DNA of 64,000 bases, taken from positions 137,029-201,028 of the forward strand of contig CBDDLC010000002.1 of NCBI GenBank assembly GCA_965230495.1, given 5' to 3'. The notes beneath the pieces were generated by a model that was given only the letters and a program-made list of their open reading frames with translations, did not search any database and was not told the DNA's origin. The first letter of the stretch is position 1. Each line of letters opens with the position of its first letter. This DNA comes from Saprospiraceae bacterium. Lineage in GTDB: Bacteria; Bacteroidota; Bacteroidia; Chitinophagales; Saprospiraceae. The position numbers and the translations under genes are program-made. Positions 10,872-20,120 of this stretch are shown here, in pieces.

Positions 10872-12386
10872 ATGAAAGATCTTAAAAAGACAGCACTTTT
10901 AATTTTAGATGGTTGGGGGATAGGAGCTGATCCAAAAAGATCGGCTATAGCCGAGGCAGCAACCCCTTATTATGATTCTATGATTGAGAATGAACCTAAC
11001 GCTACCTTATTAACCCATGGTAAATTTGTAGGATTACCTGATGGACAGATGGGAAACTCGGAAGTGGGACATATGAATATTGGTGCAGGCCGAATAGTGT
11101 ATCAGGATTTAGCACTTATTAATAAGGATATGGAGTCTGGGGAATTCCAAGGTAAAGAGATATGGCAAAACTTCAAAAATACTGCCAAAGAGAGTAATAA
11201 AGTGATCCATCTTATTGGTTTGGTATCTGATGGTGGTGTGCATTCTCATATTGATCATTTAAAGAAAATAATAGAAGATATTTCTGGAGAAGCTGGTCTT
11301 AGGGTTTTTATCCATGCCTTTTTAGATGGTAGAGATACTGATCCTCAAGGAGGTAGGGACTATTTGGCTCAAATACTTGAAGTTGCAAAAGGAACTAATT
11401 GTCAATTAGCCTCGGTCATTGGAAGATATTATGCAATGGATAGGGATAAAAGATGGGAAAGAACGAAAAAGGCTTATGATCTACTTACGAAAGGAGAAGG
11501 AGAGTATTCAAGTGATATTCTAAGTAAAATTAAGAAAAAGTATAAAGAGGATATAACTGATGAATTTATGGATCCGATTTGGTTATCGGCTAACAAGGAT
11601 GGGATTATTAATGAAGGGGATTCCGTTTTCTTTTTTAATTTCAGGACGGACAGACCCAGACAGTTAACACAGGTTTTGACACAAAAGAGTTTTCCTGATT
11701 ATGATATGGAAACATTGCCTCTTGATTTTTTGACAATGACCAAATATGATGAGTCATATACAGGCATTCGGGAAATTTATAGTAAAGAAGTACTTGCCAG
11801 TACATTAGGTAGTGTTATCGCAGAAAACAAGCTTACGCAATTAAGAATTGCTGAAACAGAAAAATACCCGCATGTCACCTTCTTTTTTTCGGCAGGCAGA
11901 GAAGAACCGGAAGATGGCGAACATAGAATAATGGTTGCTTCGCCTAAGGTTGCTACCTACGATATGCAACCCGAAATGAGTGCTAATGAGATAACAGATA
12001 AACTTTTGAATTTTATCAATAAAGAAGTATCAGTAGATTTCATTTGCCTCAATTTTGCAAATACGGATATGGTAGGCCACACAGGAGTACTAGATGCTGC
12101 AATCAAGGCTGCAGAAACCGTGGATGAATGTGTCAAAAGAATAGTTGAGAGCATCAAAGAAGAGTATAATGTAATAATAATTGCTGATCATGGTAATTCT
12201 GATTATATGATTAACGATGATGGTAGTCCAAATACAGCTCATACTACTAATCCCGTACCGGTGATTATTTTAAGCGAAAAAGTACGTTCTGTAAAAGATG
12301 GGATATTAGCTGATGTGGCTCCGACTATTTTACATCTCATGGAATTAGATATTCCAAGAGAAATGACAGGAAAAATTCTAGTATAA
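10872..12386 (+). CDS. gpmI: 2,3-bisphosphoglycerate-independent phosphoglycerate mutase
   Basis: LILDGWG, GNSEVGHMNIGAGR, GLVSDGGVHSH and ADHGN motifs across the full length. Confidence 0.95.
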   Translation: MKDLKKTALLILDGWGIGADPKRSAIAEAATPYYDSMIENEPNATLLTHGKFVGLPDGQMGNSEVGHMNIGAGRIVYQDLALINKDMESGEFQGKEIWQNFKNTAKESNKVIHLIGLVSDGGVHSHIDHLKKIIEDISGEAGLRVFIHAFLDGRDTDPQGGRDYLAQILEVAKGTNCQLASVIGRYYAMDRDKRWERTKKAYDLLTKGEGEYSSDILSKIKKKYKEDITDEFMDPIWLSANKDGIINEGDSVFFFNFRTDRPRQLTQVLTQKSFPDYDMETLPLDFLTMTKYDESYTGIREIYSKEVLASTLGSVIAENKLTQLRIAETEKYPHVTFFFSAGREEPEDGEHRIMVASPKVATYDMQPEMSANEITDKLLNFINKEVSVDFICLNFANTDMVGHTGVLDAAIKAAETVDECVKRIVESIKEEYNVIIIADHGNSDYMINDDGSPNTAHTTNPVPVIILSEKVRSVKDGILADVAPTILHLMELDIPREMTGKILV

Positions 12387-12390
12387 AAAA

Positions 12391-12412
12391 AGCCCCTTCC
12401 GTCGAAGGAGCT
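12391..12412 (+). terminator. Short hairpin directly after the gpmI stop codon
   Basis: agcc-CCTTC-cgtc-GAAGG-agct, located 5 nt after the TAA. No clear T-run follows. Confidence 0.35.
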
Positions 12413-12439
12413 TACGTACTAAAGATTAATTTTGACACA

Positions 12440-12471
12440 AGGGTCTTATGGTCAATCACAGCTAAGACCCT
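12440..12471. terminator. 9-bp stem hairpin in a convergent intergenic region
   Basis: AGGGTCTTA pairs with TAAGACCCT across a 14-nt loop. Confidence 0.35.
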
Positions 12472-12491
12472 AAATGTTGTTTATTCGCTGC

Positions 12492-12531
12492 ATTCAATTT
12501 CAAAAAAAAAGCTTTTTTTTTGAAATTGAAT
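12492..12531. terminator. Perfect 19-bp palindrome; probable bidirectional terminator between gpmI and mobA
   Basis: ATTCAATTTCAAAAAAAAA-gc-TTTTTTTTTGAAATTGAAT is a perfect inverted repeat with a 2-nt loop. It sits between convergent genes. Confidence 0.55.
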
Positions 12532-12584
12532 TGTAATCAGTTGATTATCAGTGGGTAAATAAATAGTTTTTTCAAAAAAAAAAG

Positions 12585-13670
12585 TTAAATTTTTTCTAAA
12601 TCTTGAGGAGTATTTAGATTAACAAATATTTTATTGTCACTAATTTCTAACGTTTCAATCGGAGAATTAATGAGCATTTTTCTAGGACAACTATAGCCTA
12701 GTGATAGAAATTGAAGCAATCTTTGATAGGACCTTGGTTCATAAATAGTCATTAAGGGTTCTGGAAATGGTTTTTCAGTAGATTTAAGAGCAGTGGCATA
12801 TAATGAAGGGTTTCTGTTATCGATCAGTTTTCTTAATATAGCTTGATCAATAAAAGGGAGATCACACGCAAGGACTAACCAAGCTGAATTGGGGTCAGAC
12901 ATTAATGCGGAACAAATAGCCCCAAATGGTCCCAAGTTTTTAAATCTATCCTCCAAAACTTCGTATCTTTCAATATGTGTTTTATCACTTTTTCTCTTTG
13001 ATATATAACAAGGTAGACCAATTCTATCGCATATTTGAGCCAGATGCAATTCTTGGGGGATGCCATGTATTTTTAATTGACTTTTGTCCTTACCCATTCT
13101 TGAGCTTTTTCCACCGGCTAGGATAAGTGCTTTTATTGGGGGAATATTCTTTTGAAATTCAGCTAAGATTAAACCACTTATGTCTTGCAAAGCTAAAATA
13201 TGAACCTGAGGACAATTAATATCTATAATTTCTTGTAACCAGGGATATACTTGTGAATCATCAATTCTAATTAATAATTTAACATTGTTGAGTTGAGGCA
13301 AACGCCTTTTTAATGATTCTTCTTTGCTTTTGTCAATAATGACAATTTGTTTGTCGGCTGGATAGTGATTCCCGTTGAGAAGACAGATATCCGAGAAATC
13401 TAATGACAATTTGTTATCATAGTCATTTAATTCTTTAGGAAAAGAATGGCTGATCCGTAGTTCTTTGTTTATAACTTTATATGCCTCATTTTTGAGTTTG
13501 TGGTCCGCATCGATAATGGCTATATGTTTGTCTTTAAATATATCGAAAAGTCCATTGATTAACGTATTAATAGTGGAACATGGAGCCCCATAAAATGCCC
13601 ACTCATTTCGTGCCCAAATACCTTTATAAGGTTTTGTAAGAGGTGGATGTTTTTGATGAGTATCTTTCAT
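12585..13670 (-). CDS. mobA: Molybdenum cofactor guanylyltransferase (MobA domain) with an N-terminal MobB-like domain lacking an intact P-loop
   Basis: The C-terminal half has LILAGGKSSRMGKDKSQL and LACDLPF (MobA/NTP_transf_3). The N-terminal 170 aa parallels MobB, but GAPCSTINT replaces GSGKTT. Confidence 0.7.
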   Translation of the reverse strand: MKDTHQKHPPLTKPYKGIWARNEWAFYGAPCSTINTLINGLFDIFKDKHIAIIDADHKLKNEAYKVINKELRISHSFPKELNDYDNKLSLDFSDICLLNGNHYPADKQIVIIDKSKEESLKRRLPQLNNVKLLIRIDDSQVYPWLQEIIDINCPQVHILALQDISGLILAEFQKNIPPIKALILAGGKSSRMGKDKSQLKIHGIPQELHLAQICDRIGLPCYISKRKSDKTHIERYEVLEDRFKNLGPFGAICSALMSDPNSAWLVLACDLPFIDQAILRKLIDNRNPSLYATALKSTEKPFPEPLMTIYEPRSYQRLLQFLSLGYSCPRKMLINSPIETLEISDNKIFVNLNTPQDLEKI

Positions 13671-13809
13671 ATATTTTATTTATTACGTATTATAAAGGAC
13701 CTATGGAACCCCTTACTAATCATTTTTTGTGAACAAAAGCCCTTATCCGATCGTTTGATAGGCCAATTTCTTAAGTTATAAGTAATCGTACTAACTTATA
13801 GAAAAGAAA

Positions 13810-14298
13810 TTATTTGGCACTAGCAGCTTCAAAATCTTTTTTTCCACCCGACTTTTTAATCAAATGTAAGTCACTGATTGACATTTGATGTCCAAGTGCT
13901 TTACACATGTCATAAATAGTGAGTGCTGCTACACTGGCACCGTGAAGAGCTTCCATTTCAACACCTGTTTTTCCCTCGGTTTTAACTAAGCATCTAATAT
14001 CAAAGCCATCTGTTATTTGAGAAATATTAATCTTAATTGAATTTAAGGGGATAGGATGACATAGTGGAATGGTATCCCAAGTCTTTTTCACGGCTGAGGT
14101 AGCAGCAATAATTGCTGTTTGAATAACGGAACCTTTTTTTGTGTGTAAACTATTGACGATTAACTCTTCTAATATGTGATCTGCCATAGTGATTTTACAT
14201 CCCGCTATCGCCTCTCTGGAGGTTGTTTTTTTATTAGAAATATCAACCATAGATGTATTCCCTTGTTCATCTACATGCGATAAATGGTGATCAGACAT
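13810..14298 (-). CDS. moaC: Cyclic pyranopterin monophosphate synthase
   Basis: LSHVDEQGN..MVDIS, IPLCHP and GVEMEALH motifs. Confidence 0.9.
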   Translation of the reverse strand: MSDHHLSHVDEQGNTSMVDISNKKTTSREAIAGCKITMADHILEELIVNSLHTKKGSVIQTAIIAATSAVKKTWDTIPLCHPIPLNSIKINISQITDGFDIRCLVKTEGKTGVEMEALHGASVAALTIYDMCKALGHQMSISDLHLIKKSGGKKDFEAASAK

Positions 14299-15055
14299 TT
14301 TTAGTAGCTCTATTAACTAGTTTTTGTAAAAATGGGGAAGCAAATATGAAGTTATGCAGAGTTTCATTCCCTCCAGATAATACCTCTGATTTATTACCTT
14401 GCCAAGCAAGTTGTCCTTGGTCCAAAAGACAAATATTATCACCAATTTCCATCACAGAGTTCATGTCGTGCGTGTTGATTATTGTTGTAATATTATTTTC
14501 CTTAGTAATATCACTTATCAATTCGTCGATAGTAATAGCCGTTTTTGGGTCAAGACCTGAATTCGGTTCGTCACAGAAAAGGTATTTTGGATTTAAAACT
14601 ATAGCTCTTGCGATACCCACTCTTTTCTGCATTCCACCGCTTATTTCCGATGGAAATTTATTATTCACACCTTCCAAGTTGACTCTTTCTAAGCAGTAAT
14701 TGACCCGATGTAGTTTTTCTGCTTCCGTTTTCTTCGTAAACATATCCATCGGAAATCTGATATTTTCTTCGATGGTTAAGCTATCAAAAAGAGCATTTCC
14801 TTGAAACAACATCCCAACTTGCATTCTAAGTTGTCTTAACTCTTCAGGCTTTAAACAACAAAGGTTTTTATCATCGTACCATACTTCGCCAGAAGTGGGT
14901 GCAAATAGTCCAACCAATATTTTTAATAAAACGGTTTTTCCTGCTCCGCTTTTTCCAATGATAAGGTTGTTTTTTCCTGCTTCGTACACGAAGCTTATTC
15001 CCTTAAGTACTTCCTGATCATCAAATTTTTTGTATATGTTTTCTGCTCTTATCAT
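14291..15055 (-). CDS. ABC transporter ATP-binding protein (MlaF-like)
   Basis: Walker A GKSGAGKT, signature ISGGMQKRVGIARA, and Walker B LFCDEP. Confidence 0.85.
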   Translation of the reverse strand: MIRAENIYKKFDDQEVLKGISFVYEAGKNNLIIGKSGAGKTVLLKILVGLFAPTSGEVWYDDKNLCCLKPEELRQLRMQVGMLFQGNALFDSLTIEENIRFPMDMFTKKTEAEKLHRVNYCLERVNLEGVNNKFPSEISGGMQKRVGIARAIVLNPKYLFCDEPNSGLDPKTAITIDELISDITKENNITTIINTHDMNSVMEIGDNICLLDQGQLAWQGNKSEVLSGGNETLHNFIFASPFLQKLVNRATKNV

Positions 15056-15804
15056 CCTGTCAAAAGAACTGCTATTATGTAATCTGCTAATAAAATCAAA
15101 ATATCACTGTAAACCACAGCTCTGGTACTTGCTTCACCTAATTCAATACTGCCTCCCTTTACATGATATCCTTGGTAACATGATACAGAGGTCAAAATAT
15201 ATCCAAAGGTAATGGCCTTTACTAACATCATAAATACATTGTACGGAATGAAAAATGATCTCAGACCTCTGATAAATTCTGCTGAAGTGAAAAGTCCAGT
15301 AGGCACAGAAGCAGAATAAGCACCAATATTACTTAGGATTGCTGCCAGAAAAACCAGAACAGGTATAACCACAACTGCCGCCAAAGTTTTAGGCATGACA
15401 AGATATCCGGAAGTATTGACACCCATAATTTCCATAGCATCAATATGTTCTTTTTGTCTCATTCCACCTATTTCCGCCGCCATATTCGACCCTACTTTAC
15501 CCGCTAAAACCAAACAAGTAATTGTAGGAGCCAATTCAATAATTGTCATATCTCGAACTACATAACCTATATAATACGGAGGGATTAATGTGCCTTCCAT
15601 CTGATAGTAGAATTGAACGGCCGTCACCGCTCCGATAAATACTGAAATAAGGAATACGATGCCCAATGACCCAATTCCTATGTCATACATTTGTCTGATG
15701 GTTTCCTTGTAGTACATTCGGAAATTTTCCGGTTTGCTCCAAATTTGGGACTGCCAGCCCACAAACGTTCCAAAATGGTGTAAAGATCTCTTAATAATCG
15801 ACAT
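15052..15804 (-). CDS. MlaE-family ABC transporter permease
   Basis: Multi-TM protein of about 250 aa with the typical MlaE pattern (QMY.IGIGSL, EIGGMR). It overlaps the ATPase gene by 4 nt. Confidence 0.8.
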   Translation of the reverse strand: MSIIKRSLHHFGTFVGWQSQIWSKPENFRMYYKETIRQMYDIGIGSLGIVFLISVFIGAVTAVQFYYQMEGTLIPPYYIGYVVRDMTIIELAPTITCLVLAGKVGSNMAAEIGGMRQKEHIDAMEIMGVNTSGYLVMPKTLAAVVVIPVLVFLAAILSNIGAYSASVPTGLFTSAEFIRGLRSFFIPYNVFMMLVKAITFGYILTSVSCYQGYHVKGGSIELGEASTRAVVYSDILILLADYIIAVLLTG

Positions 15805-15902
15805 TAGAATTATCAGCTTTTTTGATGCTTTGGATAATTGAAGTTCAAAATTAAACTATTTTTATAGATTAGAATTTTATATTTATTAAAACAAGATAAA
15901 TT

Positions 15903-16604
15903 ATGTTAGCCGTTGTCACCGGAGCTACCAAAGGAATCGGAAGAGCCATTGCCTTTGAGTTGGCTTCAAAACAGTATAACTTGGCCATTTGTTCAAGGAA
16001 TTTGAGGGATTTGCAAGAGATGAGAGAAGAAATTTTGAAAATCTACCCTAATCTTAAAATTTTGACTAAGGATACGGATATGCGAAAAAAAGAAGACGTA
16101 AATTCTTTTTCTCAAATGATTCTTTCTGAATTTGATTCGATAGATGTTTTGGTTAATAATGCGGGAGTATTTGTAGCAGGATTAACACATACAGAGGATG
16201 AAGGGCTATTAGAATTAATGATGGAAACTAATCTATACAGTGCGTATAATCTGACGAGAGCCTTACTTCCTGCGATGCTTGAAAAGAACAGCGGACATAT
16301 TTTTAACATGTGCAGTATAGCGAGTAAAATAGCTTATCCGAATGGAGGGTCTTATAGCATTTCTAAATTTGCGTTATACGGTTATACCAAGGTGCTTAGA
16401 GAGGAACTTAAGGAAAAGGGAATTAAAGTAACGGCCATTTTGCCCGGAGCTACATGGTCCCATAGTTGGGCAGGAGTAGACCTTCCACAAGAAAGATTAA
16501 TGGAAGCAAATGATATTGCTAAATTGGTTACCAATGCTTTAGAATTGGGACCTTCTGCTACTATTGAGGAAATTGTCATAAGACCTCAGTTAGGAGATTT
16601 ATAG
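15903..16604 (+). CDS. Short-chain dehydrogenase/reductase (SDR)
   Basis: TGATKGIGRA cofactor motif, NNAG, and the S...YSISK catalytic pattern. Confidence 0.85.
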   Translation: MLAVVTGATKGIGRAIAFELASKQYNLAICSRNLRDLQEMREEILKIYPNLKILTKDTDMRKKEDVNSFSQMILSEFDSIDVLVNNAGVFVAGLTHTEDEGLLELMMETNLYSAYNLTRALLPAMLEKNSGHIFNMCSIASKIAYPNGGSYSISKFALYGYTKVLREELKEKGIKVTAILPGATWSHSWAGVDLPQERLMEANDIAKLVTNALELGPSATIEEIVIRPQLGDL

Positions 16605-16789
16605 AGCATTAACTCCTGTCTTAATAGTAGGTTACAAATATTTGAGTTGAACTTATAATTAGGATCATTTTATATTAACTGATGTGATACTAATCATGCT
16701 ATAACATGATGTTTATCATGAAAAAACTTGTGCATAATATTTAATCTTGGGCTCATTAAATATTAGTTAAGTTCTTAAATTAATTTTCA

Positions 16790-17950
16790 ATGCCCAGATA
16801 TCATACCTTGGGAATAATTCCTGATAAAAGACATACAGTTTTTCGTAAAAAGGATGGTTCATTGTATCAGGAAGAATTGTTTGGTACAGCTGGTTTTGCG
16901 GGTATGTCATCCTTGTTGTACCATCATTATCCTCCCACCTGTGTCAAGCAATTTGACGAACCACGTAACATTCGGCCTAAGGTGTCAATTGAAGATAATA
17001 TGAAGGCAATGAGCTTTCAGGGTTTTAGTCTCAGGTCACAAGAGGATTATTTAAAAAGTAGAAAGACTCTTTTCGTTAATAATGATTTACATATTGGACT
17101 TGCAGCTCCAAAAGGGTTTTCTGAAGAATATTTCTTTAAGAATGCCGATGCTGACGAAATGATTTTCGTCCATAAAGGATCTGGAACTTTAAGGAGCATG
17201 TATGGAAGTGTGGATTTTGAATATGGTGATTATCTGATAATCCCAAGAGGAACCATCTATCGAATAGATTTTGAAAGTGAGGATAATCGCTTGTTGTATG
17301 TAGAGAGCTTTAGTCCGATTTTAACTCCTAAAAGATATCGTAATTATTTTGGACAAATGTTGGAACATTCTCCTTTTTGTGAACGAGATTTTAAACTCCC
17401 GCAAAACTTGGAAACTTATGATGAGAAAGGAGATTATAAAATCTACATAAAGAAAAAAGGAATTCTCTATGGTTATCTTTACGAGAATCATCCTTTTGAT
17501 GTAGTCGGTTGGGATGGCTTGAACTATCCTTATGCAATTTCTATTTTTGATTTTGAACCATTAACAGGTCGTATTCATATGCCTCCACCTATTCATCAGC
17601 AATTTGAAGCAAATAATTTTGTAATATGTTCTTTTGTGCCAAGGCTTTATGATTATCACCCAGATGCTATTCCAGCACCTTATCATCATAGTAATATAGA
17701 TGCAGATGAATTATTATACTATGTAGACGGTGATTTTATGAGCCGTAATGATATTCAAAAGGGGCAGATAACCCTCCATCCCGGAGGAATACCTCATGGA
17801 CCTCATCCGGGGGCAATAGAAAGAAGTATTGGCCAAAAAGAAACAGGAGAACTAGCGGTAATGATTGATCCTTTTAATCCGGTATCAATTACAGAAGAAG
17901 CGATGAAACTGGAAGTTTCGGATTATTATAAGTCTTGGATAATAAATTGA
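16790..17950 (+). CDS. hmgA: Homogentisate 1,2-dioxygenase
   Basis: Full-length resemblance to the short bacterial HGO form. It sits next to hppD. Confidence 0.8.
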   Translation: MPRYHTLGIIPDKRHTVFRKKDGSLYQEELFGTAGFAGMSSLLYHHYPPTCVKQFDEPRNIRPKVSIEDNMKAMSFQGFSLRSQEDYLKSRKTLFVNNDLHIGLAAPKGFSEEYFFKNADADEMIFVHKGSGTLRSMYGSVDFEYGDYLIIPRGTIYRIDFESEDNRLLYVESFSPILTPKRYRNYFGQMLEHSPFCERDFKLPQNLETYDEKGDYKIYIKKKGILYGYLYENHPFDVVGWDGLNYPYAISIFDFEPLTGRIHMPPPIHQQFEANNFVICSFVPRLYDYHPDAIPAPYHHSNIDADELLYYVDGDFMSRNDIQKGQITLHPGGIPHGPHPGAIERSIGQKETGELAVMIDPFNPVSITEEAMKLEVSDYYKSWIIN

Positions 17951-17969
17951 CACAACTAAATATATCAAT

Positions 17970-19127
17970 ATGTTGGATTTAAAAAAAGTAAATAACTTCA
18001 ACTATAGCTTGGAAAAGATATTCCCTGAAGCTGAGGATTTTCTTCCGATAATGGGGACCGATTATGTAGAGTTTTATGTAGGCAACGCTAAACAGGCGGC
18101 ACATTTTTATAAATCAGCTTTGGGTTTTCAGTCTTTGGCATATGCTGGCTTAGAGACAGGAGTTAAGGACAGGACATCTTATGTGGTGGTTCAGGATAAG
18201 ATTCGATTGGTATTGACAACGCCTTTCCCCAATAAAGAAAGTCAGGATATTTTTGATCATATAGAAAAGCATGGAGATGGTGTAAGGGTTATAGCCTTAT
18301 GGGTTGAAGATGCTAAACAGGCATGGGAAGAGACGACTTCCAGAGGAGCTAAATCTTTTTTTGAACCAAGAAAGGAAACCGATGACCATGGTGAAGTGGT
18401 AAGATCAGCCATCCATACCTATGGAGATACAGTACACGTATTCGTCGAAAGAAAAAACTATAATGGAGTGTTTTTGCCTGGATTTGAGAGATGGGATTCT
18501 CATTATAATCCAAGCTCCTGTGGTTTAAAATATATTGATCATATGGTCGGTAATGTAGGGTGGAATGAGATGAATACATGGGCAGAGTTTTACGGTAAAA
18601 CAATGGGTTTCGCTAATTTAATCACCTTTGATGATAAGGATATATCAACTAAATATACTGCTCTTATGAGTAAGGTGATGACGAATGGAAATGGGCGAAT
18701 TAAATTTCCGATTAACGAACCTGCTGAGGGAATTAAGAAATCTCAAGTTGAAGAATATCTGGATTTCTATAATGGAGCAGGATGCCAACATATAGCAGTG
18801 GCTACAGACGATATAGTTTTTACGGTCAGCGAAATGAAAAAGCGAGGTGTAGAATTCCTATATGTTCCGGGTACCTATTATGATACCGTAGGCAATAGGG
18901 TAGGAGAGATAGCCGAAGATCTTGAAGTATTGAAGAAACATGGAATTATGGTAGATAGAGATGATGAGGGGTACTTACTTCAAATCTTCACTAAGCCGTT
19001 TACAGACAGACCCACCTTGTTTTTTGAGATAATTCAAAGAAAAGGAGCTCAATCATTTGGTAAAGGAAATTTTCAAGCTTTGTTTGAATCAATTGAAGCC
19101 GAACAAGCAAGGCGAGGTACATTATAA
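17970..19127 (+). CDS. hppD: 4-hydroxyphenylpyruvate dioxygenase
   Basis: Two VOC modules, plus the C-terminal LLQIFTKP...PTLFFEIIQR.GA..FG.GNF.ALFESIE signature. Confidence 0.93.
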   Translation: MLDLKKVNNFNYSLEKIFPEAEDFLPIMGTDYVEFYVGNAKQAAHFYKSALGFQSLAYAGLETGVKDRTSYVVVQDKIRLVLTTPFPNKESQDIFDHIEKHGDGVRVIALWVEDAKQAWEETTSRGAKSFFEPRKETDDHGEVVRSAIHTYGDTVHVFVERKNYNGVFLPGFERWDSHYNPSSCGLKYIDHMVGNVGWNEMNTWAEFYGKTMGFANLITFDDKDISTKYTALMSKVMTNGNGRIKFPINEPAEGIKKSQVEEYLDFYNGAGCQHIAVATDDIVFTVSEMKKRGVEFLYVPGTYYDTVGNRVGEIAEDLEVLKKHGIMVDRDDEGYLLQIFTKPFTDRPTLFFEIIQRKGAQSFGKGNFQALFESIEAEQARRGTL

Positions 19128-19153
19128 TTATAATAACTATTAGTAAAAAAGAT

Positions 19154-20119
19154 ATGAATAAGAATGAGATTAAACGTGTTGATTATCTAGATTTTGTTTC
19201 TGGAGATGTTGAAAAGAGGGAGAAGTTTATTCAGGATTTTGGTGACTCGTTTTCAAATATGGGATTTGCGATAGTAGCAAATCACGGTGTGTCAATGGAT
19301 TTAAAAGATAATTTATATTCTGCCATGAGACACTTCTTTTCACTCTCGGATGCTGATAAAAAGAAATATGAGGACGAATTAATCGCAGGACAGAGAGGTT
19401 ATATTTCTAAAAATAAGGAAAGTGCCAAAGGGCAAAAGGTAGCTGATTTGAAAGAGTTTTACCATATTGGGCAAGATGTTAGTATTGAAGAAGCCAAGGA
19501 ACTAGGTTATCCCACAAATATTTGGGTTGAAGAGGTGCCTGAAATAGAGAAGTATGGGATGGAAATTTTTAAAACATTAGAGGAAACAGGAAAAAATTTG
19601 TTGAAAGCAATCGCTCTGTATCTAAACCTATCGGAAGACTATTTTGATGAAAAAATAAAAAAGGGAAACAGTATTCTTAGGCTTTTACACTACTATCCTT
19701 TGGATGATGCCAATTTAGAAAATACCAGTGCGGTAAGGGCAGCTGCTCATGGAGATATAAATTTGATAACTTTATTAATGGGAGCAAGTGCGGAAGGATT
19801 ACAAGCACAAACATTGTCAGGAGAATGGTTAGATGTAATGCCTCAGTCTGATGAAATCGTTATTAATGTGGGTGATATGTTAGCCAGACTAACAAATGAT
19901 AAATTACGATCTACGATTCATAGAGTTATTAACCCAACTGATGTGGCGAAATTGAAAACGTCTCGTTATTCGACACCCTTTTTTCTTCATCCACATTCGG
20001 AAATGGATTTAACATGTTTGGAAAGTTGTGTTACAAATGAAAATCCTAAAAGATATAGCGATATGACCTCAGGAGAGTTTTTAACTGAGAGATTGATAGA
20101 ATTAGGTCTTAAAAAATAA
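19154..20119 (+). CDS. 2-oxoglutarate/Fe(II)-dependent oxygenase (isopenicillin-N-synthase family)
   Basis: H-x-D (AHGDIN) and a distal His (STIHRV), with the typical N-terminal non-haem dioxygenase region. Confidence 0.75.
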   Translation: MNKNEIKRVDYLDFVSGDVEKREKFIQDFGDSFSNMGFAIVANHGVSMDLKDNLYSAMRHFFSLSDADKKKYEDELIAGQRGYISKNKESAKGQKVADLKEFYHIGQDVSIEEAKELGYPTNIWVEEVPEIEKYGMEIFKTLEETGKNLLKAIALYLNLSEDYFDEKIKKGNSILRLLHYYPLDDANLENTSAVRAAAHGDINLITLLMGASAEGLQAQTLSGEWLDVMPQSDEIVINVGDMLARLTNDKLRSTIHRVINPTDVAKLKTSRYSTPFFLHPHSEMDLTCLESCVTNENPKRYSDMTSGEFLTERLIELGLKK

Positions 20120-20120
20120 A

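Noticed and set aside
14253-14699. A 148-aa plus-strand ORF. Many similar 60-116-aa ORFs appear in the track (for example 1139..1330, 3547..3810, 5854..6144, 36265..37164, 45000..45716, 50804..51154, 58038..58725).
   Set aside because: All lie antisense to, or out of frame within, long ORFs with clear motifs. They have low-complexity, hydrophobic or Ser/Leu/Ile-rich composition typical of shadow ORFs in AT-rich DNA.
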